A DNA stretch of 64,000 nt, from the NCBI GenBank assembly GCA_013239625.1, contig MU054187.1, forward strand, positions 8,528,358-8,592,357, read 5' to 3'. Source of the stretch: Lama guanicoe. Its lineage: Eukaryota. The position numbers and the translations under genes were made by a program. The stretch's first letter is position 1. Each line of letters starts with the position of its first letter. Below, piece by piece: positions 38,070 to 49,196 of the stretch. Below the pieces are notes generated by a model, which saw only the letters and a list, made by a program, of their open reading frames with translations, did no database searches and was not told where the DNA came from.

Positions 38070-41000
38070 GAGGCGGGACCATGATGGTGGAGTAGAAAGA
38101 GGCTTAGCTCACCTCCCCTCATGAACTATCAGAACGGCAACTACATAAAGAACAACTCTCACTGAAATTAACCTGAAGAGCAGCAGGATGGCTCTTCTAC
38201 AACCAGGGTGGTAAGAAAGAGCCACACAAAGTGTCATAGGAAGGAAAGAAAAGCCATCTAGTTGGGACATGCACCCCTAGCAGGGGACCCAGAAAAGGAG
38301 ATCCCAGCCACTGTTAGGTTCCCCAGTCCTGGGGTCTGACACTGGGAAGACAGCCCCTAAAGGGGCTAAAGCTGGTTTGAAAACCAGTGGGCCTACCCAG
38401 AGGGCCATAGGAAACCAAGACTCTGCTCTTGAAGAGCGTGCGCACAGACTTGCTGACCCCCAATCACAGCGTAGAGGCGGCAGATTAAAAACTGCCGGGG
38501 GCTCGGACTGGCTTGCCAGGACCACCAAGTGCGCCCCACGGCACACACTGGGCTCCCGCTACGGTTCCTTGTGCTCCTGCGTTGCTTCCCGCTAAAGCAG
38601 AGGCTGCCATTGCCAGTGTGTGCATCTCGACGTATGCAGAACCAACTCATGGTGTGGCGCCAACCCCTCTGGCCTTGCCTCAGCATTGAAACAAGGCATG
38701 CGCACCAGGGAAAAAGTGACCCCAGCCAGAAGTGCGGCCCTAAGCCCTCCGGCCCTGTGCCTGCCCCCATTAGGGCAGTGAATGCCACTGAGCACTGGAG
38801 AAGCCCCGGCTTGCACCTGGCTCTGGCTCCAGCCCTGCCTCCCACCAAGGCGGCGGCTGCCAGTGCACCCCAGAGGAAGATGTGGCCTGTGCTCACTTCA
38901 GATCCAGCTCTCACCAAGGCTATTGGGCACACACAGACTGCAGGAGGAAACTCTCACACAAGGACACCCCTTTGAGACTGAGATAGGTAAATGTTTCACC
39001 TGATTTCATAGAGACAAAGAAAATTTAAAAAATGAGAAGACAGAGGAATACATTTTAAATGAAAGAACAACAACAACAAAATCCTGGAAAATCCCTAATG
39101 AAGCAGATAAATAATTCTCCTGATAAAAAATTCGAAACAATTGTAATAAGAATGCTCACTGAACTTGGGAAAGAATAGATGAACAAAGTGAGAACGTTTT
39201 AAAAGTATTAGAAAATATAAAAAAGAACCAGTCAGAGCTAAAGAACATAATAACTTAAATGAAAAATATAAGGAATTAACAGCAGGCTACAGGAGAATGC
39301 GTAAGTAATCTGTAAATAGAACAATGGATATCATCCCAGTCAGAACAGCAAAAAGAAAAGCAAATTTTTAAAAATGAGGATGGTTTAAGGAACCTCTAAG
39401 ACAACATCCAATGTACAAACATTCACATTATAGGGGTCCCAAGAGGAGAGAATAGAAAGAAAGGGATAGAAGATGTATTTGACTAAATTACAGCTGAAAA
39501 CTTCCCAAACCTGAAGAAGGAAACATATCCATGTATAGGAAGAACAGAGAATCCCAAATGAGACAAACCCACAGAGACCCACACAAAGACATATCATAAT
39601 TAAAATGGCAAAAGCTAAAGCTAAAGACAGAATCATATCAGGATCATTAAAAAAAGAGAAAGTGCCGAAATAAACAAAACAGGAAATGAAAGAGGAAATT
39701 TATAACTGATATAACAGAATACAAACAACCATAAGAGGATACCATGAACAGTTATGCCGACAAATTGGACAACCTAGAAGAAATGGATAAATTCCTAGAA
39801 CCATAGAATTTTCCAAAACTGAATCAGGAAGAGATAGATGATCTGAATGCATGATTACTAGTATTGAAATTTAATCAGTAATTATAAAACTCCCCCAAAA
39901 CAGAAGTCTGGGACCAGACACTTCACAGCTAAATTCTACCAAACATGTAAAGAAGAGTTAATACATATCATTCTCAAACTACTTCAAAACACTGAAGAGG
40001 AGGGAACGCCCCCAAACTCATTCTATGAGGCCAACTACTACTGATACAAGAACCAGACAAAAACACTACAAGCAAAGAAAAGTACAGGACAATACCTCTG
40101 ACGAATATAAATGCAAATTTCTCAATCAAATACTAGAAACCTAATTTAACAATATATAAAAAGGATCCTCCACCACGATCACATGGGATTTATTCCAGGG
40201 ATGCATGGATGGTTCAATATCTGCAAATCAATTCATGTGATACACCACGTTAACAAAATGAAGGACAAAAATCACATGATCATCTCAATAGATGCAGAAA
40301 AAAGCGTTTGGCAAATTCATCACCCTTTCATGATGAAAACTCTCATCATAGTGGGCTATAGGATCAGACCCTATAAAAAATGGCTGTGCTCTTGCTCTCT
40401 GTATAGCCCCTGCCTGACCCAGTCTTGCCTTACCCTTACCTTATGCACATGATTGCCTCCCCCTCCTTGGCTGAAAGTTTGCTCAGTAACTACCTGCATC
40501 ATTGACCCAACCCCCAGCTAATAATTGTTCTTAGACCAGAACAGCTCCAGTATGTTCAGTCATCAACAGGAAAGAGTGGCCTTCACTCCAGTTCCCCTGG
40601 CAGCCAAGAAGCCCTGCTGACATCATGCCCCCATGACTGATAACCTTCTTCTCCTTAGTGGAGCAAAGCTGTGTCCCACTTGCCATTGGTCATGCACAGT
40701 GGGGTGTCACTCCAGGACCTTTGCCTCTGACTTATAAGATTCCTTTTCCAATAAATCACAGATGTCTCTGTTCCTGACTCTGGGTTCTTTCTTCAGTCCA
40801 GTGGCTGGGCAATTACAAAGACTGCAGGACTGCAGGGCACAACACAACACTGGTACAGAGGGGCCATATCTCAACATAGTCAAGGATATTTATGACAGAC
40901 TCACAACCAACATAATACTCAATGATGAAAAGCTGAAAGCTTTTCTTTTAAAATCAGGAACAAGACAAGGATGGCCACTCTTGCCACTTCTATTTAACAT

Positions 41001-41737
41001 AGTATTGGAAGTTTGAGAGCCACAGCAATCAGATAAGAAAAAGCAATGAAAGGCAACCAAATTAGAAGGGAAGTAAAACTGTCACCATTTGCAAACATCA
41101 TAGAACTGCCATATGATCCAGCAATTCTATTCCTGGGCATATATCCAAAGAAAACAAAAATACCAATTTGGAAAGATACATGTACCCCGATGTTCATAGC
41201 AGCATTATTTGCCATAGTCAGGATATGGAAATGAGCTAGGTGTTCATCAACAGATGACTGGCTAAAGAAGATGTGATATATCTAGATGTACATACAGTGA
41301 AGTATTACTCGGCCATAAAAAGAATGAAATTTTGCCATTTGCAACAGCATGGATAGACCTAGACACTATCATGCTTAGTGAAGTAAGACAGACAAAGAAA
41401 ATCACACCATGTTTTCACTTATATGTGAAATCTAAAAAATAAAACAAACTAATGAAAATAACAAAACAGAAACAGACTTGCAGATATGGAAAACAACCAG
41501 AGGCTACCGGTGGAGAGAAGAGTGGGAGAGGGGCAGGATGGAGAAAGAAGAGTAAGAGGTACGAACTACTACATATAAAATAAATAACATATAAGGATGA
41601 AATGTACAGTATAGAGAACATAGTCCAAATTTTATCATAACTTTAAATGGAGTGTAATCTATAAAAATATCAAATCACTGTTGTATACCTAAAGCTAATA
41701 CAGTATTGTAAATCAACTATACTTCAATAAAAAAAAT
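38070..41737 (+). mobile_element. L1 with both ends retained, two large internal deletions and a nested LTR; non-coding relic
   Basis: GC/CpG-rich 5'UTR 38070-39030. ORF1 ATG at 39032, truncated near 39634 and joined to post-endonuclease ORF2. RT remnants ([38 protein letters not shown]), C-terminal ELPYDPAI...CTPMFIAALF, and a 3'UTR ending caactatacttcaataaaaa. Confidence 0.95.
40357..40849 (+). mobile_element. Solo LTR (~490 bp) inserted in the L1 RT region
   Basis: L1 ORF2 stops at ...ctcatcatagtgggc and resumes at (c)tggtacagaggggccatatctcaac. The insert has AATAAA near 40750, a U5-like ttctttcttcagtc and a terminal CAACA. TSD is degenerate. Confidence 0.85.
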
Positions 41738-41849
41738 CACTTTCAAATTGTCTTGAAACTATGGAGGGAAATAAACAAGAAAGAAATGTCTCACATTAGG
41801 GACTTTTTTTCAAATAGTGAATGGGAAAAAATGCTAAAATTAATTAGGG

Positions 41850-42340
41850 TCAGAGAGCTGCTTCCAGATAAGAGAGAGTAACTGGGACTGGACTTGCCTT
41901 CCTGCTGTAAATAACTAAAAACTAGACAAAAATATATGAGACTGTTTTCAGACATAAATAACAGCCCTGCAGGACTGTGATCCCAGGGAAGAGCTGCCCT
42001 GGCTTCCTGCCTGGAGGCATTTTGCTGACCAGCGTGCAGGGCAGGGATCCCACAGGCCACTGGCTGAGTGAGGGCAGCAGCGCTAGGGGAAGCTCAGGCA
42101 GCTGGGATCTGTGGAGCAGGACACCAGAGGGGCAGGGCTCGGGCCACAGAGAAAGAGTCCAGAGATTCATGGGGTCCTGGATTTGGTCTTTGCACACTGA
42201 TCTGGGCACACACAGGGTGGACCTCAGCTGAGCAGGGAACAATCTTCAGAGCACCCACGGGACTCTGAGGAGCTGAAGGACAGGACAAGGACTTGCAGGA
42301 CTTGCAAAGAGGCACTGAGACGCGGAATAAACTAAAACTC
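41850..42340 (+). mobile_element. Old L1 (L1MC/MD-type) 5'UTR fragment
   Basis: cttccag...gagtaactgggactggacttgccttcctgctgtaaataactaaaaactagacaaaatatatga...aggactgtgatccc. Confidence 0.75.
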
Positions 42341-42869
42341 AGGAAAGCAGTGGGCTCTTAAAACACCAACGAACAACGAAATAATTTCATCTTCTTTTGT
42401 GACTAATTAATGAAATCTGAGTATTTTGAAATTTCCAGTTTGATTTTTTTTCTCCTTAACTCTGAAATAGTTAGACTTACTTTGGTTTCCAAATATATAG
42501 GATTAGGAGTATATATTTCCCTTACCAATTTCCAGTTTTTTAGAATTTTGTGACACAGTTGTAGGGCCTCGTATATGGTCAATTTTTGTGATTATAATCA
42601 ACTCTGTTTGAAAAGAACATGGTTTTTCTTTGCTTCCTTTTTTTCTATTTTTTATTAGATTTAATGGAATTTTCCATATTCTATTATTTTCCTCTCCCAG
42701 AAAGCTTCCTTCTCTTTAGAAGTTATACATCACTCTTTCATTCTCTCCGTGGTTGCTTTTAAATTTTAATATACATACCAAGGGCAGCCTAAAGTTAATG
42801 AACATTTTTACTCTCCTTTTAAATAATTATCCCACACTCATCTTCTGATAAATGTTTCAGAGTATTTTT

Positions 42870-43069
42870 AAATATATTTTTATTGAAGTATAATCAGGTC
42901 ACAATGTGTCAATTTCTGGTGTACAGCACGATACTTCAGTCATATAGGAATATACTTATATTCGTTTTCATATTCTTTTTAACCATAAGTTACTACAAGA
43001 TATTGAATATAGTTCCCTGTGCTATACAGTATGAACTTGTTGTTTATCTATTTCATATATAGTAGTTGG
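42870..43069 (-). mobile_element. 5'-truncated L1 3'UTR insertion with 14-bp TSD
   Basis: tttattgaagtata...acaatgtgtcaatttctggtgtacagca...gatattgaatatagttccctgtgctatacagta. TSD ttcagagtattttt at 42856-42869 and 43070-43083. Confidence 0.92.
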
Positions 43070-43879
43070 TTCAGAGTATTTTTGGTCTACTTTATTTTGA
43101 ATGTGTCCCCACCCTGCACCCCAAATTAACCAGCTTCCTTATCATTTCCCAAGTTTCTAGAGGCATTTCCTGTCCCTGATTCCCAGACCAGAGGGTCTAT
43201 TGTGGCTTCTGACTCGGCAGGAAGCCCAGCTCCACCTCCCTGATTGACACAGGCTTATGACTCACCTCTTCTTTTGTGGAAAGAGCCACAGCTCTCAACC
43301 CTGAGGCCAGGATCCATTTTATTTATCAATGTATTCATATCCAAATAAGAATATAGATTGTAATTTTTTGTTATTCTAAGTATCTTTTAGTTTTTACTGT
43401 TGTTCACTCCCCAACTGTTTTTGTAATTTATAAAAGAATCCAGGTGGCTTTTCCATACTTTCTCACAGTCTGCAGTTCCCTAATGGCATTCCTGTCATGT
43501 TCACCGTATTTCTGGGTCCCCAATCTTCCTGTAAACTGGTAGTTAGATCTGGGGCTTGATCACACATTCCATGAGGACCACGTGAGAGTCATTCAGTGTA
43601 AGTTCCTGTTTCTTCGGCTTTGAAATTCTCATGCCTTCCTGCCACTGGGGCATGTCCTTTCTTTCTTTCTTCCTCTTTTTTAAAAATTATAATACATTTT
43701 GAATAAAGACTTACAAGAAATTGCACAAACAGTATAGAGTTTCCACGCACCATACCTTCTGGCTTCCTTCAATGATAATACTGTATGTTACAAAGCCATA
43801 GTATATTGGCAAATCCAGGAAATTAATATTGTCATACTATTTACTCAGGTACAGACGTTTTTCAGACTATGCCAGTATG

Positions 43880-46013
43880 TTTTTTATTTTTTATTGTGGT
43901 AAGACTACTTAACATGAGATTTACCCTCTTAACAGTTTTTTAAGTGTCCAACAATATTGTTATCTGTAGGCATAACGTTGTACAACAGGTCTCTAGATCC
44001 TATTCACCTTGCATAACTGAAATTTTTTTTACCAATTTATTAGCACTTTCCCCCTTACTCCCTCTCCCCATTTCCTGGTAACCACCATTATATTCTTTGC
44101 TACTATGAGTTTGACGATGTATTTAGATACCTCATGTAAGTGAAATCATGCAGTATTTGTCCTTCTGTGACTGGCTTATATCACTTAGCATAATATCGTT
44201 TGGTTCACCCATGTGAATATATTGCAGGATAGCCTTCCTCTTTAAAGTTGAATAATATTCAGTTGTATGTTTATAGCACCTTTTTAATCCATTCATCCAC
44301 TGCTGGATATTTAGATTGTTTCCATTTGTTGGCTATTGTGAATAGTGCTGCAAATGAATGTGGTGATATTATTATCTCATAGGAGTGCCAATAACGCTTC
44401 AAGATCCTGATTTTAATTCTTTTGGATAAATCCCCAGAAGTGGGGTAGCTGGATCATAGTCTGTTAGTGTAGAGACATACAACTGATTTTTGTATCTTAA
44501 TTTTGTATTCTGCAACTTTATTTTATTCTAAGTTTTCTGGTGGCATCTTTAGGATTTTCTATATATAAGATCATGTCATATGCAAACAGGGAAAACTTTG
44601 TTTCTTCCTTTGTAATTTGAATACCTTCTATTTCTTTACCTTGCCAAATTTGTAGGTAAGGATTTCTATTACTATGTGAAATGGAAGTAGTGAGAATCCT
44701 TGCCTTGTTCCTAACCTTAGTGAAAAAATTTTAGTTATTCACTAGTGAGTATAATATTAACCGTGGGCTTTTCACATGGGTTGTTTATTATGTTGAGATA
44801 ATTTCTCTCAATTCCTAGTCTGTTGAGAGTTTTTAATCTTAAAAGGATGTTGAATTTTGTAAAATGATTCTTCTGCGTCTATTGAGATAGTCTTGTGGTT
44901 TTTATCCTTCATTTTGTTGATGTGGTTTATACCATTAATTGATTTTCATATGTTAAATCATCTTTGCATACTATGGAAGAAATTTCACTTGGTCATGGTG
45001 TATGATCCTTTTAATGTACTTCTGAATTCGGTTTGCTAGTATTTTGTTGAGGATTTTTGGATCTATGCTCATCAGGGCTATTGGCCTATAGTGTTTTTTT
45101 TTTATTTGCCTTTGTTTGGCCTTCGTGTCAGGGTAATGCATCTGGAAAAGTTTTCTCCTCTATAAAATGTTGGAAAAGTTTGAGAAGTATGGGCATTAAT
45201 TTTTCTTTAAAGCTACCTGGTTCTGGATTTTTCTTTGTGAGAAGGTTTATTTTTATTACTGATTCAATATGCTTACTAGTTATAGGCCTGTTCTGACTTT
45301 CTGTTTCTCATAATTCAGTCTGGGTAGGTTGTATGTTTCTAGGAATTCATCCATTTCTTCCAAGTCATCCAGCTTGTTGCTATATAATTGTTCATACTAG
45401 TCCCTTATGATCCTTTTTATTTCTGTGGCATGAGTTGTAATGTCTTCTCTTCCATTTTTTATTTCGTTTATTTGAATCTTCTCTTTTTTTGTTAATGAGT
45501 CCAGCTAAAGGTTTGTCAATTTTATCTTTTCCAAAGGACCAACTCTTAGCTTTGTTGACTTTTTTCTGTTGTTTTCGTACTGCCTGTTTCATTTATTTCT
45601 CTAAATTTTATGATTTCCTTCTTCTAATTTTGAATTTAGTTTGTTCTTATTTCTCTAGTTCCTTGAATTGTCAAGTTAGTTTTTTTGAGTTCTTTTTTTT
45701 TCTTTTTTAATATAATTGTTTCTCACAATAAACTCCTCTCTTAGCATTGTGTTTACTGCATCCAATAAATGATGGTGTATTGTGTATTTCTTCTCATTTG
45801 GAGATATTTTCTAATGTTCCTTTGAATTTCTTTGCTCACCAATTTGTTATTCAAAAGTGTATTATGTAATTTCCAGGTATTTGTAAGTTTTCCAATTGTC
45901 TTTCTTCTATTAACTTTTTCCATTGTGTTTCATTCCATTGTATTTGGAAAAGATATGTTGTATGATTTCAACATTTTAAAATTTGTTAAGAATTGTTTTG
46001 TGACCTAATATGT
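43880..46013 (-). mobile_element. L1 (L1MA9-like 3' end), 5'-truncated, with ~1.2 kb internal ORF2 deletion
   Basis: 3'UTR acttaacatgagatttaccctcttaaca, antisense RT sequence and the peptide KVNKAKSWSFGKDKIDKPLAGLINKKRE. Deletion junction near 44455-44462. Confidence 0.93.
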
Positions 46014-46579
46014 CACCCTAGAAACAGAAAAAGCAGCATTGACGGTAACAGAAGAAAGAGGGCAGTTTTCAGTCTGACTCCCTGAGTGGCACCTAGTCAG
46101 TAGATTTACAGCCACTCACTCTCCTGACAGGATCACACTTTGCATTTCCAAGTCTAGGGGACAAACGCAGGAAGAGCTGGAGCACTTTCTGCTTAATTTC
46201 AGGTAGCCATGAGGTGGGCTGCTCACTGCATTTCTTTCAATCCATATTTTTCTAGCCTTATAGGATAAGGTTGGAGTCACTTCAGTAGGGTGTGAAGCAT
46301 GAGGCTGTTTCCCCAAAAATACGGATACAGAGGTGTGGGAAAGTGATCTGTGCTTCTGAGGGAAAGATTTTTGGTTAGAAAACCTTTGGGGAAATCTCTG
46401 ATAGAGAAACAGTTGCATTTTGGAAAGTTGTGTCTCCTTTGGGAGAGTGTGAAGCCCTTGGGAGAGGGTTCCACATTTGCTATTCAAGAGAGCTATTAAA
46501 GTTGGGAGACAGAGAAGGATAGCATGTTTCCAAATTTCTAAACATTTTACAAACCACTCTAGCCAAACAAAGATCTTAT

Positions 46580-46950
46580 ATTCACCTGAACATGGCATGT
46601 GCTGTCTTCTTCAAGGCTCTGTGTGTGCTCTGCTTTTGCCCAGAATACCCCGGTTCCTCTCTCTCCTTACCTGGTTAATTTCTACTTATTATTTGTTTCT
46701 CATATTAGGTATTCTCTTTCCAGGAATACATTCCTGACTCCTTTATCCTAATGGCTAGAATGGATGCCCTTCCACTTTGCTCCTGAAACATCTTGGCATA
46801 CTTCATCATAGTTCTATTTTCCTCAGTTGTTACTGCTTGTCTGTGCCATCTTGGAGGACAACCTGGTTTTATTAATCATAGTATTCCTAGGTTCATGAAG
46901 GTGGCACATAGTATATGTTCAAAAATTATCAAATAAATTAATGCATGGGC
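46580..46950 (+). mobile_element. LINE-2 3' fragment
   Basis: gctctgcttttgcccagaataccc...ttccaggaatacattcctgac...ggcacatagtatatgttcaaaaatta. Confidence 0.7.
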
Positions 46951-47389
46951 AAATTACAAATGAATGCATTTGGGTGAAATTAAGGAGACAAGACAAGGAC
47001 TTTTGTTTTACTGTTTTTCACTTCCCTGTGATCCTCCTGTGTTAAGGAGAGAGATTTGTATTACCTAGTCATTTTTTATCATATATCTGAAGCAGTCTCC
47101 CATGTAATTTATTAGAAGGGCTGTAATTCCCTGCATTCTGGGATCTACACCTATGTGATGAGATTTGACAAGTACTTGGAAGGTGCTCACTTAGAAACAC
47201 CTCTGCACCTGCCATTCTACTTGAGATTCCAAATTTTTAGACTTATTACCAGTGTTAAATATTGGCAAATAAAATTTCTCCTCTTGTTTTTTTAATGGAC
47301 CAAATACTCCTAATTTGGGTCCCTGATTCAGCTGTCCTGTTTCTCTGGGTAATAAGAGAGAAAAAGAAGGAACAGACAAATGTTAATTG

Positions 47390-47560
47390 TTCCACAGACC
47401 TGGTGCTATTATATATAATCCTTTTTAACCGTTAATAATGGTGCCACGTTATCACCTTTTTGAAGACAGAGGCACTAGGATTTCAAGAAGCATAGAGTAA
47501 TCCAGCCAAGGTTTCCTGGGTAGAAAAGAATGCACTGAGATTCGAATCCAGGTCTCACTA
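47390..47560 (-). mobile_element. MIR fragment
   Basis: ttatcaccttttgaagacagaggcactagg...ccaaggtttcc...gagattcgaatccaggtct. Confidence 0.7.
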
Positions 47561-48136
47561 CTGTACTGTTGGGATTATGACATTGTAACTCCTTACCTCC
47601 AGTCTACTAAAAAGCTCAACCTAATCTAGTGGCCCATAAAAAAATTTGTTTTTAAGATATTTATTGATCTGGACTGAAATGAAGGATTAAAGTGTTTAGG
47701 TGCTTCCTAGACCAAGAGCAGATAGGAATTTTAAGAAACGGAAGTGAAAGACTTGGTCTCTGTTGAACCCAGTTTCCGAGTGCAAAGAAAGCAAAGACTC
47801 AAGCTATGAGAGGCTGGTATGGGAAGGAGCAGGACTAGAATACAGTGTCGTCAAGTGGGAGCAGGTCCTTTCTGCTGCCTACCTTTGTGGCAGCCCAGTT
47901 CTCCTTATATGGGTACAAAACTGAGAGTTAAAAAGAACGTGATGTGTTTTACACTCCCTTTACAACCCCGGGTGTATGACTCTGCCTAACGCAGTGTGGA
48001 GTTAGGCAAGTCATGAATGATTGCACGCATGAGTCTCCTTGTAAGTGGGAGTGACAGCCTTTGCTGCCATGACCACCCCTAGAGGCTGGAACAGGAGCAA
48101 AGGCAATGAACTCAGAGACCATTCCTATGGAGTAAA

Positions 48137-48578
48137 TGTGGAAGCAAAACAATGGCTCCTCAAAGATGTTCACGTCCTAATCCCAGAACCTGGGGCTCTG
48201 TTACTTCACATGGCAAAGCGCCCTTTGTAGATGGGATTAAGTTATGGGTTTGGGGATGGGAGATCAAAGAAGTACTAATAAGGGAAAGAGGGAGGTAGGA
48301 GCTTCAGTGAGAGAGAAGTGTTGGATTGCTGGCTTTGAGGATGGAGGAAGGGGCCATAAGCCAAAGTATGCAGGCAGCTTCTAGAAACTGGAAAAGTCAG
48401 GGAACAGATTCAGCCTAGGGGCTCCAGAGGGAACACAGTTCTGCTGACCTCTTGAATGGAGGCCAGTGAGACCCATTTGCACGCTGACCCACAGAACTGT
48501 CAGCTATAACTTTGTATGTTTTAAGCCACTGTTTGTGGTAAGTTGTTACAGGAGCAAGAAGAGCAGCAATTAGGAATA
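48137..48578 (+). mobile_element. MaLR LTR (MLT1D-like), near complete
   Basis: tgtgg...aatggctcctcaaagatgttcacgtcctaatcccagaacctg...gctggctttgaggatggaggaaggggcca...ttttaagccactgtttgtggta. Confidence 0.92.
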
Positions 48579-49072
48579 GGCCTGAGTTAACAGAAAGGCA
48601 AAAGTAAGTCATTCAATAGAAACTTCGGTGCTTGCAGCCTCTTTGTATTTTGGGAGGGGCTCCAGGAACATGCTAATTTGCAGAGCTGCCTCAAAGCCTG
48701 TGTCTGCCAGCAGCCAGACAGCTGCCGGTGATTTCCTTGGCCATTTATTGGCTGGAAGCTACCAAAATCCTCAGTTACGGCAGTTTCACTGAAAGTGAAA
48801 GTCACCCTCAGTGTCACCTCTGCTCTGGTACACACAGGCCTGTTAGAACTCACCTTGCAGAAATTTTCAGTTTTGAGCCAGCGTTAGCTGCCAAGCACCC
48901 AGGAGCCAATCACAACAAATGATTCCGTGAATTATAAATTCTCTAAATACGTGCCTATATTTATACTCATGGGAACATGTTTGGAATTGTTATTAGCAGG
49001 AATATGCTTCTGGATTAGGTTTGTTAAATCTTTCAGCATACGTCAGAGATTAATGATAATATCCACCTCTGT

Positions 49073-49196
49073 CTTTCTTTCTTCCTTCCTTTCTTTCTTC
49101 CTTCCTTTCTTTCTTCCTTCCTTTCTTCCTTCCTTCCTTCCTTCCTTCCTTCCTTCCTTCCTTCCTTCCTTCCTTCATTTCTTTCTTTCTTTCTTT
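49073..49196. repeat. (TTCC)n/(TTTC)n polypyrimidine microsatellite
   Basis: About 120 bp of near-pure pyrimidine tetranucleotide repeats. Confidence 0.97.

Noticed and set aside
38277..39003. Overlapping long ORFs (up to 179 aa) on both strands
   Set aside because: They lie in the GC-rich L1 5'UTR, where stop codons are rare, and resemble no protein family.
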